Positions 46,166-59,110 of a stretch of 64,000 bases of DNA are shown piece by piece. How positions within the stretch are numbered: position 1 is the first letter of the stretch; every line of letters begins with the position of its first letter. Made by a program: the position numbers and the translations under genes. This DNA comes from Podarcis muralis (Eukaryota): the NCBI RefSeq assembly GCF_964188315.1, contig NC_135667.1:24986001-25050000 (forward strand). The letters run 5' to 3'. Under the pieces are notes generated by a model, which was given only the letters and a program-made list of their open reading frames with translations, did no database searches and was not told the DNA's origin.

Positions 46166-46374
46166 TTAAATATCGTAATCAACTCATCGTGGAATATGTG
46201 CATATACATATACATATCTACACACACACACAAACATAAATATACATGCCGATACACACATGCATGCATACATACATAAATACACACATACATACACACG
46301 GAACCAAGCAATTCCTTGCCGTGCCTATGTGGCTACATAATTCGTTCCAGATATATAAGGTATTTCGCAAACAT

Positions 46375-47290
46375 GAAGTTCATCTTGTCTAAAAATGTGG
46401 GATTATGTTGTTGCCTCCTGCAGGAGATGAACCTGCAAACTTGGCATTATCAGCACACTGCTCTAACCACTGAACCATCCACAGTCTTCATGAGCTAACT
46501 TTCTGGTTGATACCCTTACAGTGTATGGAAGTGTTCCTGCCCCCTGCAGGAAATGAACCTGCAAACCTGGCATCATGGGCATAGAATTGAGAGTATATGA
46601 CACACAGGGTTTTCTCAGATGAAGAGCTGCAACAACGTGACTAAAGTAAAGAGCTGTGGGAGCTTTAAGGCTGCCACACTTTGCTCTCTGGGAAGAAGGG
46701 CGGCTCATACTTGCCTCAGACACATGGGCCAATGACCCCCTCAAAATGGCATTGGCATGACAATGGGATAGTGACACAGAAAGGGAAGGATACTGGATGC
46801 TCTTCTTCCCACAGAAGCGGCACATGGAGGAAGAAGGTGGCAACAGCCGTGGCCAAGCAAAGATCGCAGGTAAAATACTCAAAAGGCTGCATCGCTCTGG
46901 CAAGGCACCACAAGGGGGATCCTTCAATGAGGCCTCTAGATGGTTGACGCTGGCTAGGGAGGCAGTGGCAGTGGGCCAAAAACGGGTGTTCCTAACTGGT
47001 GCTCCAAAGGACCGATGCCTCCACAGGTGGGATAAAGATCAAGAAGGGATCTAGATCCGATGCTCCTGATGCTCTGGGCCAACTGTGCTGCCAGTGTCAC
47101 CTCTGGGACCATTTTATGCTTCTGGAGCAGGCTGCTGCAGGTAGGCGGAATGTGAATCGGGTTTGGTGGGAACCATTAAGTACTGTGGCGGCCAGGAGAG
47201 CTGAGCAATGGTTGGCAGAGCAGTGTGGCTTCAGGAGAATGAGGAAGTTGTGCCCTGTGCTGCAAACACCGCTCACTTCAGGACTTGAGC
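46375..47290. repeat. tRNA-SINE units plus unclassified module
   Basis: Duplicate of 34385-35300. Confidence 0.8.
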
Positions 47291-47329
47291 ACTCATGCAT
47301 GAAACATCATGTGTGAAACTTTCCTAATA

Positions 47330-48044
47330 CCGTATTTTTCACTCTATAGGGCGCACCGGATCATAGGGCACACCTATTTTTTTTTTGGGGGGGGGGAATA
47401 AAGAAAAAAAAACCTTTATTCCCCCCCCCCGGGCCCCAAAGAAGCCATGACAGCGAGCGGGATGGATCCCGCTCGCTGTCTTGGCTTTGTTTTTAGCTTC
47501 GGGGCGGCGGGTCCGGGAGCGAAGGCGAGGTTGCACTCAACCTCGCCATTCCTCCCGGAGCTTGCTGCTATCCGAGAACCCGGGGAGCGCAGCGCTGTAG
47601 CCTGCTGCGCACCACGGGCTTAGGGCAGCTATCTGCAAGCCTGCGGCGCCTGGAGGGAACTCCCGCCGGGCTCTGCAGGCTTGTGGATAGCTGCCAAAAG
47701 CCCAGGGTGCACAGTGCCGCGCTCCCCAGACTTTGGGCTGCAAGCACCTATCCGCAAGCCTGCGGATAGCTGCCCTAAGCCCAGGGTGCACAGTGCCACG
47801 CTCCCCGGGCTTCGGGCTGCAGGCAGGTATCCACAAGCCTTCGGAGCCCTGTGGGAGTTCCCGCTGGGCTCCGTAGGCTTGCGGATAGCTTTCTAAAGCC
47901 TGGAGAATGAGAGGGTCAGTGTGCACCAACCCCTCTCACTCTCCAGGCTTCAGCAAAAGCCTGCATTCGCTCCATAAGACGCACACACATTTCCCCTTCA
48001 TTTTTGGAGGGGGAAAAGTGTGTCCTATAGAGCGAAAAATACGG
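47330..48044. mobile_element. pogo/Tc2-like non-autonomous DNA transposon
   Basis: Duplicate of 35348-36061; same TIR and TA TSD. Confidence 0.9.
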
Positions 48045-48196
48045 TATATACATTTTATATGCAAATTTGCCCAATACACATCTATTTGCAAAGCACTATT
48101 ATGCAGTATAATACATTATTATACCATTTTCAATGGCATTTGCATTGTTATGCAAAGCACAGGAATTGTGATGTGTTTGAGACACAATGCAAGCAA

Positions 48197-49132
48197 TCAT
48201 GCCAGGAGACTTCTAATTCTTTTCGGTATTTTCAACACGGCCTCTTGGATGTCTTTGTTCCTAAAGCTATAAATAACGGGATTCATTAGTGGTGGCAAAA
48301 CATTATATAATAAAGCAGAGAGCAAATCCATTGTTGTAGAAGAAAGTGCTTTAGGTCTCATGTATGAAAACACAGCTGTGCTCATAAATAAAGAAAAGAC
48401 AGTCAGGTGGGGGATGCAGGTAGAGAAAGCTTTATATCTGCCTTGAACAGAAGGGATTCTCAGCACAGCAGAGAAGATATAGCCATAGGAAAGAAAGATG
48501 AACCCTCCACAAAATGAATCTACAATAAACCCAATGGCAAAGATCAAAATTTGGTTAACCTTTGTGTCAGTACAAGAAATCTTAAGCAACTGAGGGACAT
48601 CACAGAAATACTGCCCAATAATATTGGACCCACAGAAATGTAGCCTGAAAGTGATAATGGTATGTAATGATGAATGGATTGCGCTGCTTATCCAGGAAGC
48701 AGCTGCCATTTGGATGCAGGCATCCCAGTTCATGATTAGCTCATACTGTAGAGGATGGCAGATTGCAGCATAGCGATCATAAGCCATGATAGTGAGCAAG
48801 GCAAGCTCAGAACCTGCAAAAGTGAAAACTAAGAAAACCTGTGCGACACAGCCAGCAAAAGAAATCCTTTTGTCATCTGACAAAGAAGCAGCTATGGATT
48901 TGGGAATAGTGGCTGAGATGTAGCAAATGTCTGATAATGATAGGTTGACCAGAAAGAAGTACATAGGAGTGTGCAGTTTGTGGTTCAGGGCAACAGCAAT
49001 AGTGATTAGGAAATTCCCCACTAAGGCTGTTAAATAAATGGAGAGAAATATCACAAAGTAAAACAATTGTTCTTCTCGATTACTGGAAAACCCCATCAGA
49101 AGAAATTCTGTCACTGTAGATTGGTTGGCCAT
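48197..49132 (-). CDS. Olfactory receptor, family 14-like (311 aa subtype)
   Basis: Intact ORF; differs from 36214-37149 at two residues I could see. Confidence 0.96.
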   Translation of the reverse strand: MANQSTVTEFLLMGFSSNREEQLFYFVIFLSIYLTALVGNFLITIAVALNHKLHTPMYFFLVNLSLSDICYISATIPKSIAASLSDDKRISFAGCVAQVFLVFTFAGSELALLTIMAYDRYAAICHPLQYELIMNWDACIQMAAASWISSAIHSSLHTIITFRLHFCGSNIIGQYFCDVPQLLKISCTDTKVNQILIFAIGFIVDSFCGGFIFLSYGYIFSAVLRIPSVQGRYKAFSTCIPHLTVFSLFMSTAVFSYMRPKALSSTTMDLLSALLYNVLPPLMNPVIYSFRNKDIQEAVLKIPKRIRSLLA

Positions 49133-50658
49133 CTTAATTCTTTAGTATTTCTTAAAACAATTTCTTGAAGAGCAGCTCTGTTATTGTGTTTTAGCAGCAC
49201 CAGCAGAGGTGTTTGTAACACCTAAAATTAGAAAGGAGTTAATGAAAGTCTGTTGGATGAGGAAACATGCAGGCAATTGTATGTGGGGTTTGCCCCCAAA
49301 CCAAATATGAGGTAATGGGTGATGCCAGCAGTAGACATTCAACTGACACCATTCATTCTCCCCGGTACTAATAGAATTTTAGAGTTGAAAAGGAGCATGG
49401 GGAGCATCTCAGCAAAGACCCAACTTGGTTTCATGTTGAATCAAAATTGAGAAAGTAGAATCAAATACACACTACAGCTTATCAGAGCAACCTTGCTATT
49501 AGATGTAAATAAGCAGATTCTCATTTGTTTGTTTGCATAAAGGATCTTAATGATGGCGTTTTTGTTTGTTTGTTTGCGAACCATAATGATTCTACTTTAT
49601 TTTTAAAAAGCAAGTCACACACCACCTAGCATTAATGAAATATCATTTGGCTTTGATGAGCGTTCAGAGTTTAAAACCAATCACCAGAATTTGGTAACAC
49701 CCCTGTATTACCTTCTCTTACCTATAAATACTACCTGCTTTTTCATAGAATAATCATGTCCTCATTTATCCTACTGCTGTATTAAACGTTTTGTGGTCTT
49801 TTCAGAACTGAAATATGAGCACTAGATGTAAATAAATTTTAAAATCCTCCTTGGAGTGTGGTTGCATAAAGGAAATTTACACTTGATGTTTTGGTATTTT
49901 TGCTAACCATAATGCTTTCACACATCTCCTAGCATTAATGAAAAATCATGAGGCTTTTAGGCCCAATCACCAGAATTTTGAAACATGCAGGCAATTGTAT
50001 GTAGGGTTTGCCTCCTTTCTTAATATGAGATAATCATCCCAAACGCCAGAATTTTGAAACACCACTTTATTATCTTCTCTTACCTATAAATACTACCTAT
50101 TTCTTCGTAGAAGAATGTTTTCTTCATTAATCCTACTGCTGTATCAAACCTTTTACAGTCTTTTCATAACTGAAATATGAATACCTTCCAAGCCCTAGTC
50201 TACACTGAGGATGAAATAATAGGATTCTACTCACCTCTGTCTTTGTCTGGAAGATAAAAGTGTCAAAATGTTGAAGTGTGGTCTTTAGTAGATGATTTAT
50301 AGTTTGAGACAAAGAGGAATCAATTGAGCCTCCCTGCTTTCTGTAGTGTTTCAAAGAATCACTCCTTGGAGAACATCACCATGAGGATTTGCAAATCCTG
50401 ATTTACAAAACAAGTGATGCAATTGTCTATATTTCCTAGAAATATTTCCCCTCTATCTTTAAACCACTGACCCTTAACTTCAGTCTTATGTAAGGAATGC
50501 TTAAGAGTGAAGTGCTGACTGAATGCAGACTGAATGGGAAACTGATTTCAAAACCTACATGGTGGTTATATCTTTTTTATTGACCAAAATATCATGCTGC
50601 AGCTAAAATTAAGTACTGAATCTGATTAACATAAGTAAATTATTCTGACTATTCTGAG

Positions 50659-50860
50659 CCGGTATAGTGTAGAGTTTAGAGTGTTGGACTAGGACTAGGG
50701 AACCCAGGTTCAAATCTCTGTTCAGCCATTAAGATAACTGGGTGACCTTGCACCAATTTTCTCAGGCTAAGCTACCTTACAGAACTGTCATGAGGTTAAA
50801 CTTGGGAAGGATGACCTCCAGCTCCTTGGAGGAAAGGGGTGATATAATGACAATAAGTAA
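50659..50860 (+). mobile_element. tRNA-derived CORE-type SINE (Squam3-like)
   Basis: More complete paralog of 38677-38830. Confidence 0.72.
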
Positions 50861-51655
50861 ATATTGGGAGCAAACCATCTGAAACAGGTCTATGATTTTA
50901 AACTGGAGCAATAGATTTGGTTAAAGAAGCTTGGGAAGGATCCAAAGCAAAATGTTATGCTTTGAAATAGGATGTCGGTGTGTTAGGTGTTCACACCTAT
51001 GGTGGAGATGAATTAGGAAAGGCTGAAGGACTCTAGCTGGAATGAAGCTGGTTTGAGAAACAATACTGTTACTGTTTCATCTGTATTCCTAGACCCCCCA
51101 TCAAATCCCAGGATCTGGCAAGTGTTAAAATCTGAGCAAGGATTTTCATTCCTGGAATAGCCTCTGCTGTACCTCATTCCAAAGGAAATACAAACCCTGT
51201 TCATTTTGAAATGATTAACAATCTCTGCATTGAAATTGCATCCATTTTTTACACTTTCTGAATGCACTCCTCCTGTAAAATACACATTTTTCATTTTTTT
51301 TTACATTTTCAATTCTTTACAATTAATTTCCCTATTAAATGTCCACTTTGTACATAAATATGTATTGTGAGGTATTCTTGCATTTGGAAACCTCATTGCA
51401 AATGCCAGTGTTGGACACAATTGTGGATCAGTCTTAAATATTCAGTCATGTTATTGAAGTTATCAATGGGCTTGTCCCTACTTTTTCCAGTCTTCACTAC
51501 TTTGACGATTGCTTCCATGATCTTTTGATGTGAACTACCAACACAGGAATTTTATTCAACATTAAATGAGCAGAAATTTCACATATGATCATTTTGTGAG
51601 ACGCGTGTTAGATAATTTCAGCCCCTTCTCTCCCTCCCATCACAGGTTATTTATA

Positions 51656-52010
51656 CAGTGGTGCCTTGCAAGACGAAAAGAATCCGTTCCGCGATTCTTT
51701 TCGTCTAGCGGTTTTTTCGTCTTGCGAAGCAACCCCATTGGTGGCTAAGCGGATTAGTGCTATTAGCGATTTAGCACTATTAGCGGCTTAGCGGGCTTAG
51801 CGGCTAAGCTGTTAAAAGCCTATTAATGGCTTAGCAGCTTTGAAAAAGGGGGGGAAAGCGGGGGGGAAATGGCGAGACTCGCAAGACGTTTTCGTCTTGC
51901 AAAGCAAGCCCATAGGGAACTTCGTCTTCCGAAGCGCCTCCGTGATGGAAAACCCTTTCGTCTTGCGGGTTTTTCGTCTTGCAAGGCATTCGTCTTGCGG
52001 GGCACCACTG
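51656..52010. mobile_element. Tc1/pogo-type MITE (second family)
   Basis: TIR CAGTGGTGCC.(T/C)GCAAGACGAA, TA TSD; absent from paralogous sites at ~39630 and ~57050. Confidence 0.92.
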
Positions 52011-52768
52011 TATTACAAATAAGCACCCACAAACAGCATAACAGATTTTGGAAGAGCATTTCACATTAGCTTTTATTTCATTCACCAGCTGCTAAGGAGT
52101 CTCTTTTATGTTCGAAGCATTAATGTCTGGCATGGAAAACTGTACGTTGACTTTCATTGTTGAAATTGGAAGTGCAACCCATTCACATATTTAATGCAAA
52201 ACTTGCTGTTACTAACCCAACAAAGTAATGGTCAATGAATTCAAGTAACAATGACTCTGATGAATGAATCAAAATAGTTATCAAAAATTAGTTGCCAAAG
52301 ACTTTTATTTGTACTATAGGTTTTTTAAAAATAAAATAAGAATATTTCTGACTATCTATCCACCGTCATAACCTTCAAGACAACTGAATTTATAGCAAAT
52401 ATAATGAAATAAAGGTTTAAAAAATCTGTTCTAGGAACAAGTCAATAGAAACTGTATCTCTTTATCTCTTTTCATACACAACACACAACCTCAGCAGCAA
52501 TAACTGGGAAATGCATAAAAAAGAGCCCAGGTCATCCCTGTGGGATCCATTTCATATGCATGCTGAAATGTCATTATCTTAGCCTTACATCTAAAGACAA
52601 GCAGAGATGAAGCCAACAGAACCTACCAGTAACACCATGATCTAGTCTAGTTTAGTCACAATTACACAATCGTACGTGTCTGCCCACTTTATTAAAAAAA
52701 CAATGGGACACAGAGCAGAACAGGGTCATAGATGAAGACATAAGAACATGGGTAGGTATACTTCAAAT

Positions 52769-53039
52769 AAGGGTAGCCGACTTGCCCCCACATTGAGGGA
52801 GCCCACTCATGTGATGCATTACATGATGGCGCTGGGCGGAGGCAGGATGCATGGAGGGTGATCTGTGCCCTTTGTTCATCTCAGCCCCCGCCTGGCTCCC
52901 AGGTGAGGGCAGGGGCACTTGGAGGACACCCGGTGGTGGTGGAGACTGGTTGCCCCCTCAATATTGCAGGGCTCAGCCCCCTGCCCACCAATATTGAGGT
53001 GGCCAAAGCCCCTTCCGGTCCCTATATGTGGCGCTCCTG
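52769..53039. mobile_element. hAT-type MITE
   Basis: Paralog of 40397-40667; TSD CTTCAAAT. Confidence 0.85.
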
Positions 53040-53090
53040 CTTCAAATCATCTTGTGTATTATGTGCCAGTCAGAAACTTCCATATCTGAC

Positions 53091-54083
53091 TCAGGGAGTA
53101 GATGTTCCTGTTTGCATGTTATCCCACAGACCTATACAGCCACATTTTCCTTTGGTATGCTTTTTCCAGGATCTGCCATAGATTTTCCACAACACTGATT
53201 TGATCTCCTTGTTTCTCATGCTATAAATTATTGGATTCATCAGTGGGGGAAGAACACAGTAAGCCATGGCAACTGAACTGTCCAGACCCACCACAGATTT
53301 GGAAGTTAGTTTTAGGTTGGCGAAGATGCCAGTGAAAGTAAATAAGGAGACAACGCTGAGATGAGGAATGCAAGTAGAGAAGGCTTTGTCTCTACTCTGT
53401 GCCGAAGGAATTCTGAACACTGTTTTGAAGATCTCCACATAGGACACAACTATGAAACTGAAGCAGCCGAGTCCTAGACATGCACTCAAGCCCAGAGCCA
53501 CAGCTTCAACAAGGTACAAGTCAGTGCAGGAGAGCTTAAGTAGTTGAGGTATCTCACAGAAGAACTGATTGATGGTGTTGGAACAGAAAGGAACAGCGAA
53601 GGTGGCTCCAGTGTGTAATGTTGCAAAAAGGAGACCACTGATCCATGTACTAGTCACCATTTGGATGCAGGCTTCCTTATTCACTACTGTTTCATAATGC
53701 AATGGGTCACAAATGGCAACATACCGGTCATACGCCATGACTGTGAGGAGGAAAAAGTCTGATGCCATGAAGAAAAAGAGAAAGAAGACTTGAGCAATGC
53801 ACTCTGAATAAGATATCAACCTGGTATTCATGAGACAGTTAGCCATGGCTTTTAGTATTGTGACTGAGATGTACCCAAGGTCCATAACAGACAAATTTGC
53901 CAGGAAGAAGTACATGGGATTGTGAAGATGGGGATCTGTGACCACAGCCACAAGGATGAGGATGTTCCCTAACAATGCTGCCATATAGATCAGTAGAAAG
54001 ATCACAAAATATACAAGCTGTATCTCCCGAACTTCAGAGAAACCTAGGAGGAGGAATTCCGTAATGGTGCTTTCATTGGACAT
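53091..54083 (-). CDS. Olfactory receptor, family 14-like (330 aa subtype)
   Basis: Intact ORF, paralog of 40719-41711. Confidence 0.94.
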   Translation of the reverse strand: MSNESTITEFLLLGFSEVREIQLVYFVIFLLIYMAALLGNILILVAVVTDPHLHNPMYFFLANLSVMDLGYISVTILKAMANCLMNTRLISYSECIAQVFFLFFFMASDFFLLTVMAYDRYVAICDPLHYETVVNKEACIQMVTSTWISGLLFATLHTGATFAVPFCSNTINQFFCEIPQLLKLSCTDLYLVEAVALGLSACLGLGCFSFIVVSYVEIFKTVFRIPSAQSRDKAFSTCIPHLSVVSLFTFTGIFANLKLTSKSVVGLDSSVAMAYCVLPPLMNPIIYSMRNKEIKSVLWKIYGRSWKKHTKGKCGCIGLWDNMQTGTSTP

Positions 54084-54264
54084 TTTGTCCTTAATACATT
54101 TTGCCCTACAAAAAAACAGGTAGCATAACCAAAGTTAGTAAGGCGGAATTCTCTTTTTCTTACTCATATGCCCCTTTTAAAAGGCTACTTTTAAAGTACA
54201 CATTCCTCACATACAAAAAGTTTCATTGCCCCATCCCCCACCCCACCCCTCTATTTTAATAGAA

Positions 54265-54508
54265 ATGGATTTGGGGGTTGTGGTTGAGATGTAGCAAATG
54301 TCTGGTTATTGTAGGTTGACCAGAAAGAAGTACATAGAAGTGTGGAGTTTGTGGTTCAGGGCAACAGCAATGGTGATTAGGAAATTCCCCACTAAGGCTG
54401 TTAAATAAATGGAGAGAAATATCACAAATTTTAAAAAAAATATTCTTCTCGGTCACTGGAAAACCCCATCAGAAGAAATTTTCTCACTGTAGACTGGTTG
54501 GCCACCAT
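54265..54508 (-). pseudogene. OR14-like 5' fragment
   Basis: Duplicate of 41894-42133, truncated at the same ATGGA. Confidence 0.9.
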
Positions 54509-55775
54509 AATTCTTTAGTATTTCTTTAAACAATTTCTTGAAGAGCAGCTCTGCTATTGTGTTTTAGCAGCACCAGCAGAGGTGTGCTGCTAAATGTCTA
54601 AAATTAGAAAGGAGTTAATGAAAGTCTGTTGGATGAGGAAACATGCAGGCAATTGTATGTGGGGTTTGCCCCCTATCCCAATATGTGTTAATGGGTGATG
54701 CCAGCAGTAGACTTTCAACTGACACCATTCATTCTCCCCAGTACTAATAGAATTTTAGAGTTGAAAAGGAGCATGGGGAGCATCTCAGCAAAGACCCAAC
54801 TTGGTTTCATGTTGAATCAAGATTGAGAAAGTAGAATCAAATACACACTACAGCTTATCAGAGCAACCTTGCTATTAGATGTAAATAAGCAGATTCTCAT
54901 TTGTTTGTTTGCATAAAGGACATTTACTATGGTGGGGTTTTGTTGTTGTTTTTGTTTTTTTGCGAACCATAATGCTGCTTCTTTATTTAAAAAAGCAAAT
55001 CACATACCACCTAGCATTAATGAAAAATAATTTGGCTTTGGTGAGTGTTCAGAATTTAAGACCAATCACCAGAATTTTGAAACACCACTGTATTATCTTC
55101 TCTTACCTATAAATACTACCTATTTTTTCATAGAATAATCATGTCTTCATTTATCCTACTGCTGTATTAAACGTTTTATGGTCTTTTCAGAACTGAAATA
55201 TGAGCACCAGATGTAAATAAATTTAAAAAATCTCCTTGGAGTGTGGTTGCATAAAAGAACTTTACACTTGATGTTTTGGTATTTTTGCTAACCCAATGCT
55301 TTAACTTTCTTTTTAGAAATGCAAACTACACACTTCCTAGCATTAATGAAAAATCATGAAGCTTTTAAGCCCAATCACCAGAATTTTGAAACAACACATT
55401 ATTATTTTCTCTTACCTATGGATGTAATCACTTTTTATCAGAGAAAAATTATGTTTGCATTAACCTTACTGCTGTATTAAACATTTTGAGATCTTTTCAT
55501 AACTGAAATATAAGCACCTTCCAAGCCCTGGTCTGCACTGAGGATGAACTAATAGGATTCTACTCACCTCTGTCTTTGTCTGGAATAAAAAAGTTCAAAA
55601 ATGTTGAAGTGTGGTCTTTAGTAGATGATTTATAGTTTGTGACAAAGAGGATTCAATTGAGCCTCCCTGCTTTCTGTAGTGTTTCGGAGAGTCCCTCCTT
55701 GGAGAACATCACCATGCGGACTTGCAAATTCTAATTTACAAAACAAGTGATGCAATTGTCTATATTTCTTACCAT

Positions 55776-55955
55776 CAGTGGCGTATCGTGGGGGGTGCAG
55801 GGGGGGCCGGCCGCACCGGGCGCAACATCTGGGGTTAGGGCAAATCCACAGGTTAGGGGGCGCAAATCCACGGGTTAGGGGGTGCAAATCCACGGGTTAG
55901 GGGGCGCAAATTATTTGCCTTGCCCCGGGTGCTGACAACCCACGCTACGCCACTG
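55776..55955. mobile_element. hAT-type MITE (180 bp)
   Basis: TIR CAGTGGCGTA(T/G)CGTGGG, 8-bp TSD CTTACCAT; internal ~22-bp tandem repeats. Confidence 0.93.
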
Positions 55956-56178
55956 CTTACCATTATTTCCCTTCTATCTTTAAACCACTGACCCTTAACT
56001 TCAGTCTTATGTAAAGGATGCTTAAGAGTGACTTGCTGATGAATGGAGACAGAATGGGAAACTGATTTCAAAATCTGCTTGGTTGTTATATCTTTTTTAT
56101 TGACCAAGATGTCAAGCTGCAACTCGAATGAAGTACTGAATCTGATTAACATAAGTAAATTATTCTGACTATTCTGAG

Positions 56179-56375
56179 CCAGTATAGTGTTGTGCTTGGA
56201 GTGTTGGACTAGGACTAGGGAACCCAGGTTCAAATCTCTGTTCAGCCATTAAGATAACTGGGTGACCTTTCACCAATTTTCTCAGGCTAAGCTAACTTAC
56301 CAAGCTGTCTGGAGGTTAGACTTGGGAAGGTGACCTTCAGTTCCTTGGAGGAAAGCTGGGATATAATGACAAAAA
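56179..56375 (+). mobile_element. tRNA-derived CORE-type SINE (Squam3-like)
   Basis: Third paralog of 38677 / 50659. Confidence 0.72.
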
Positions 56376-57812
56376 GTAAATATTGGGAGCAAACCATCTG
56401 AAACAGGTCTATGATAATGAACTGGAACAATAGTTTTGGTTAAAGAAACTTGGGATGGATCCAAAGCAAAATGTTATGCTTTGAAAGAGGATGTGGGTGT
56501 GTTAGGTGTTCACACCTATGGTGGAGATGAATTAGGAAAGGCTGAAGGACTCTAGCTGGAATGAAGCTGGTTTGAGAAACAATACTGTTATGAGTTTCAT
56601 TTTTATTCCTAGTTCATTTTGAAATTATTAACAATCTCTGCGTTTAAATTGCACCCATTTTTTACACATTCTGAACACACTCCTCCTGTAAAATACACAT
56701 TTTTCAATTCTTTACATTTTCAATTCTTTACAATTAATTTCCCTATTAAACGTCCACTTTGTACATAAATACATTTTGTGAGCACTTCTTGCATTTGGAA
56801 ACCTCATTGCAAGAAGGATCGGTGGATCTTAAATATTGAATCATGTTGTTGAAGTTATCAATGGGCTTGTCCCTACTTTTTCCAGTCCTCACTCCTTTGC
56901 CAATTGCTTCCATGATCTTTTGATGTGAACTACCAACACAGCAATTTTATTCAGCATTAAATGAGCAGAAATTTGACATATGATAGATTTCTGAGAAGTG
57001 TGTTGGATAATTGCAGCCCCTTCTCTCCCTCCCATCACAGGTTATTTATGTTACAAATAAGCACCCACAAACAGCATAAGAGATTTTGGAAGAGCATTTC
57101 GCATCAGCTTTTATTTCATTCACCAACCGCTAAGGAGTCTCTTTTACGTTTGAAGCATTAATGTCTGGCATGGAAAACTGTACTTTGACTTTCATTGCTG
57201 GAATTGGAAGTGCAACCCACTCACATATTTAAAGCAAAACTTGTTGTAACTAACCCAACAAAGTAATGGTCAATGAATTCAAGTAACAATGACTCTGATG
57301 AATGAATCAAAATAGTTATCAAAAATTAGTTGCCAAAAGCTTTTATTTGCACTCTAGGATTTTTAAAAATAAAATAAGAATAATTCTGACTTTCTATCCA
57401 CAGTCATAACCTTCAGGACAACTGAAGTTATACTAAATATAATGAAATAAAGGTTTAAAAAATCTGTTCTAGGAACAAGTCAATAGAAACTGTATCTCTT
57501 TATCTCTTTTCATACGCCACACGCAGCCTCAGCAGCAATAACCAGGAAAAAGCATTTAAAAAGCCCTGATCATCCCTGTGGGATCCATTTCATATGCATG
57601 CTGAAATGTCATTATCTTAGCCTTACATCTAAAGACAAGCAGAGATGAAGCCAAAAGAACCTACCCTTAACACCATGATCTAGTCTAGTTTAGTCAACAT
57701 TACACAATTGTATGTGTCTGCCCACTTTATTAAAAAAAGAGAAAGCAATGGGACACAGAACAGAACAGGGTCATAATGAAGACATAAGAACATGGGTAGG
57801 TACACTTTAAAT

Positions 57813-58066
57813 CATGGGAGCTGACTAGCCCCCCATACTGATGCGTCACATGATGGCGCTGGGCGGAGGCAGGATGCATGGAGGGTGATCTGTGCCCTTT
57901 GTTCATCTCAGTCCCCGCCTGGCTCCTGGGTGAGGGCAGGGGCACTCGGAGGGCCCCCGGTGGTGGCGGAGGATGGTTGCCCCCTCAATATTGCAGGGCT
58001 CAGCCCCCTGCCCACCAATATTGAGGGGGCCAAAGCCCCTTCCAGTCCCTATATGTGGCGCCCCTG
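57813..58066. mobile_element. hAT-type MITE
   Basis: Third paralog of 40397-40667. Confidence 0.83.
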
Positions 58067-58117
58067 CTTCAAATCATCTTGTGTACTATGTGCCAGTCAG
58101 AAACTTCCATATCTGAC

Positions 58118-59110
58118 TCAGGGAGTAGATGTTCCTGTTTGCATATTATGCCACAGACCTATACAGCCACATTTTCCTTTGGTATGCTTTTTCCAGGATC
58201 TGCCATAGATTTTCCACAACACTGCTTTGATCTCCTTGTTTCTCATGCTATAAATTATTGGATTCATCAGTGGGGGAAGGACACAGTAAGCCATGGCAAC
58301 TGAACTGTCCAGACCCGCCAGGGAGTTGGAAGTTGGTTTTAGGTTGGCGAAGATGCCAGTGAAAAGAAATAAGGAGACAACGCTGAGATGAGGAATGCAA
58401 GTAGAGAAGGCTTTGTCTCTACTCTGTGCCGAAGGAATTCTGAACACTGTTTTGAAGATCTCCACATAGGACACAACTATGAAACTGAAGCAGCCGAGTC
58501 CTAGACATGCACTCAAGCCCAGAGCCACAGCTTCAACAAGGTACAAGTCAGAGCAGGAGAGCTTAAGTAGTTGAGGTATCTCACAGAAGAACTGATTGAT
58601 GGTGTTGGAACAAAAAGGAACAGCGAAGGTTGCTCCAGTGTGTAATGTTGCATAAAGGAGACCACTGATCCATGTACTAGTCACCATTTGGATGCAGGCT
58701 TCCTTATTCACTACTGTTTCATAATGCAATGGGTCACAAATGGCAACATACCGGTCATACGCCATGACTGTGAGGAGGAAAAAGTCGGATGCCATGAAGA
58801 AAAAGAGAAAGAAGACTTGAGCAATGCACTCAGAATAAGATATCAACCTGGTATTCATGAGACAGTTAGCCATGGCTTTTAGTATTGTGACTGAGATGTA
58901 CCCAAGGTCCATAACAGACAAATTTGCCAGGAAGAAGTACATGGGATTGTGAAGATGGGGATCTGTGACCACAGCCACAAGGATGAGGATGTTCCCTAGC
59001 AATGCTGCCATATAGATCAGTAGAAAGATCACAAAATATACAAGCTGTATCTCCCGAACGTCAGAGAAACCCAAGAGGAGGAATTCCGTAATGGTGCTTT
59101 CATTGGACAT
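58118..59110 (-). CDS. Olfactory receptor, family 14-like (330 aa subtype)
   Basis: Intact ORF, third paralog; retains KP in ANLKPT. Confidence 0.94.
   Translation of the reverse strand: MSNESTITEFLLLGFSDVREIQLVYFVIFLLIYMAALLGNILILVAVVTDPHLHNPMYFFLANLSVMDLGYISVTILKAMANCLMNTRLISYSECIAQVFFLFFFMASDFFLLTVMAYDRYVAICDPLHYETVVNKEACIQMVTSTWISGLLYATLHTGATFAVPFCSNTINQFFCEIPQLLKLSCSDLYLVEAVALGLSACLGLGCFSFIVVSYVEIFKTVFRIPSAQSRDKAFSTCIPHLSVVSLFLFTGIFANLKPTSNSLAGLDSSVAMAYCVLPPLMNPIIYSMRNKEIKAVLWKIYGRSWKKHTKGKCGCIGLWHNMQTGTSTP

Larger units (their letters stand above)
43104..55468 (+). repeat. Segmental tandem duplication, copy B (~12.4 kb)
   Basis: Junction ...tgcattaacctta|tttgcaacactgg at 43103/43104. 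Confidence 0.92.

Noticed and set aside
55800-55910. Regular ~22-bp repeats resembling a CRISPR array (also 60625-60705)
   Set aside because: No unique spacers; the repeats are internal to a hAT MITE in a vertebrate genome.
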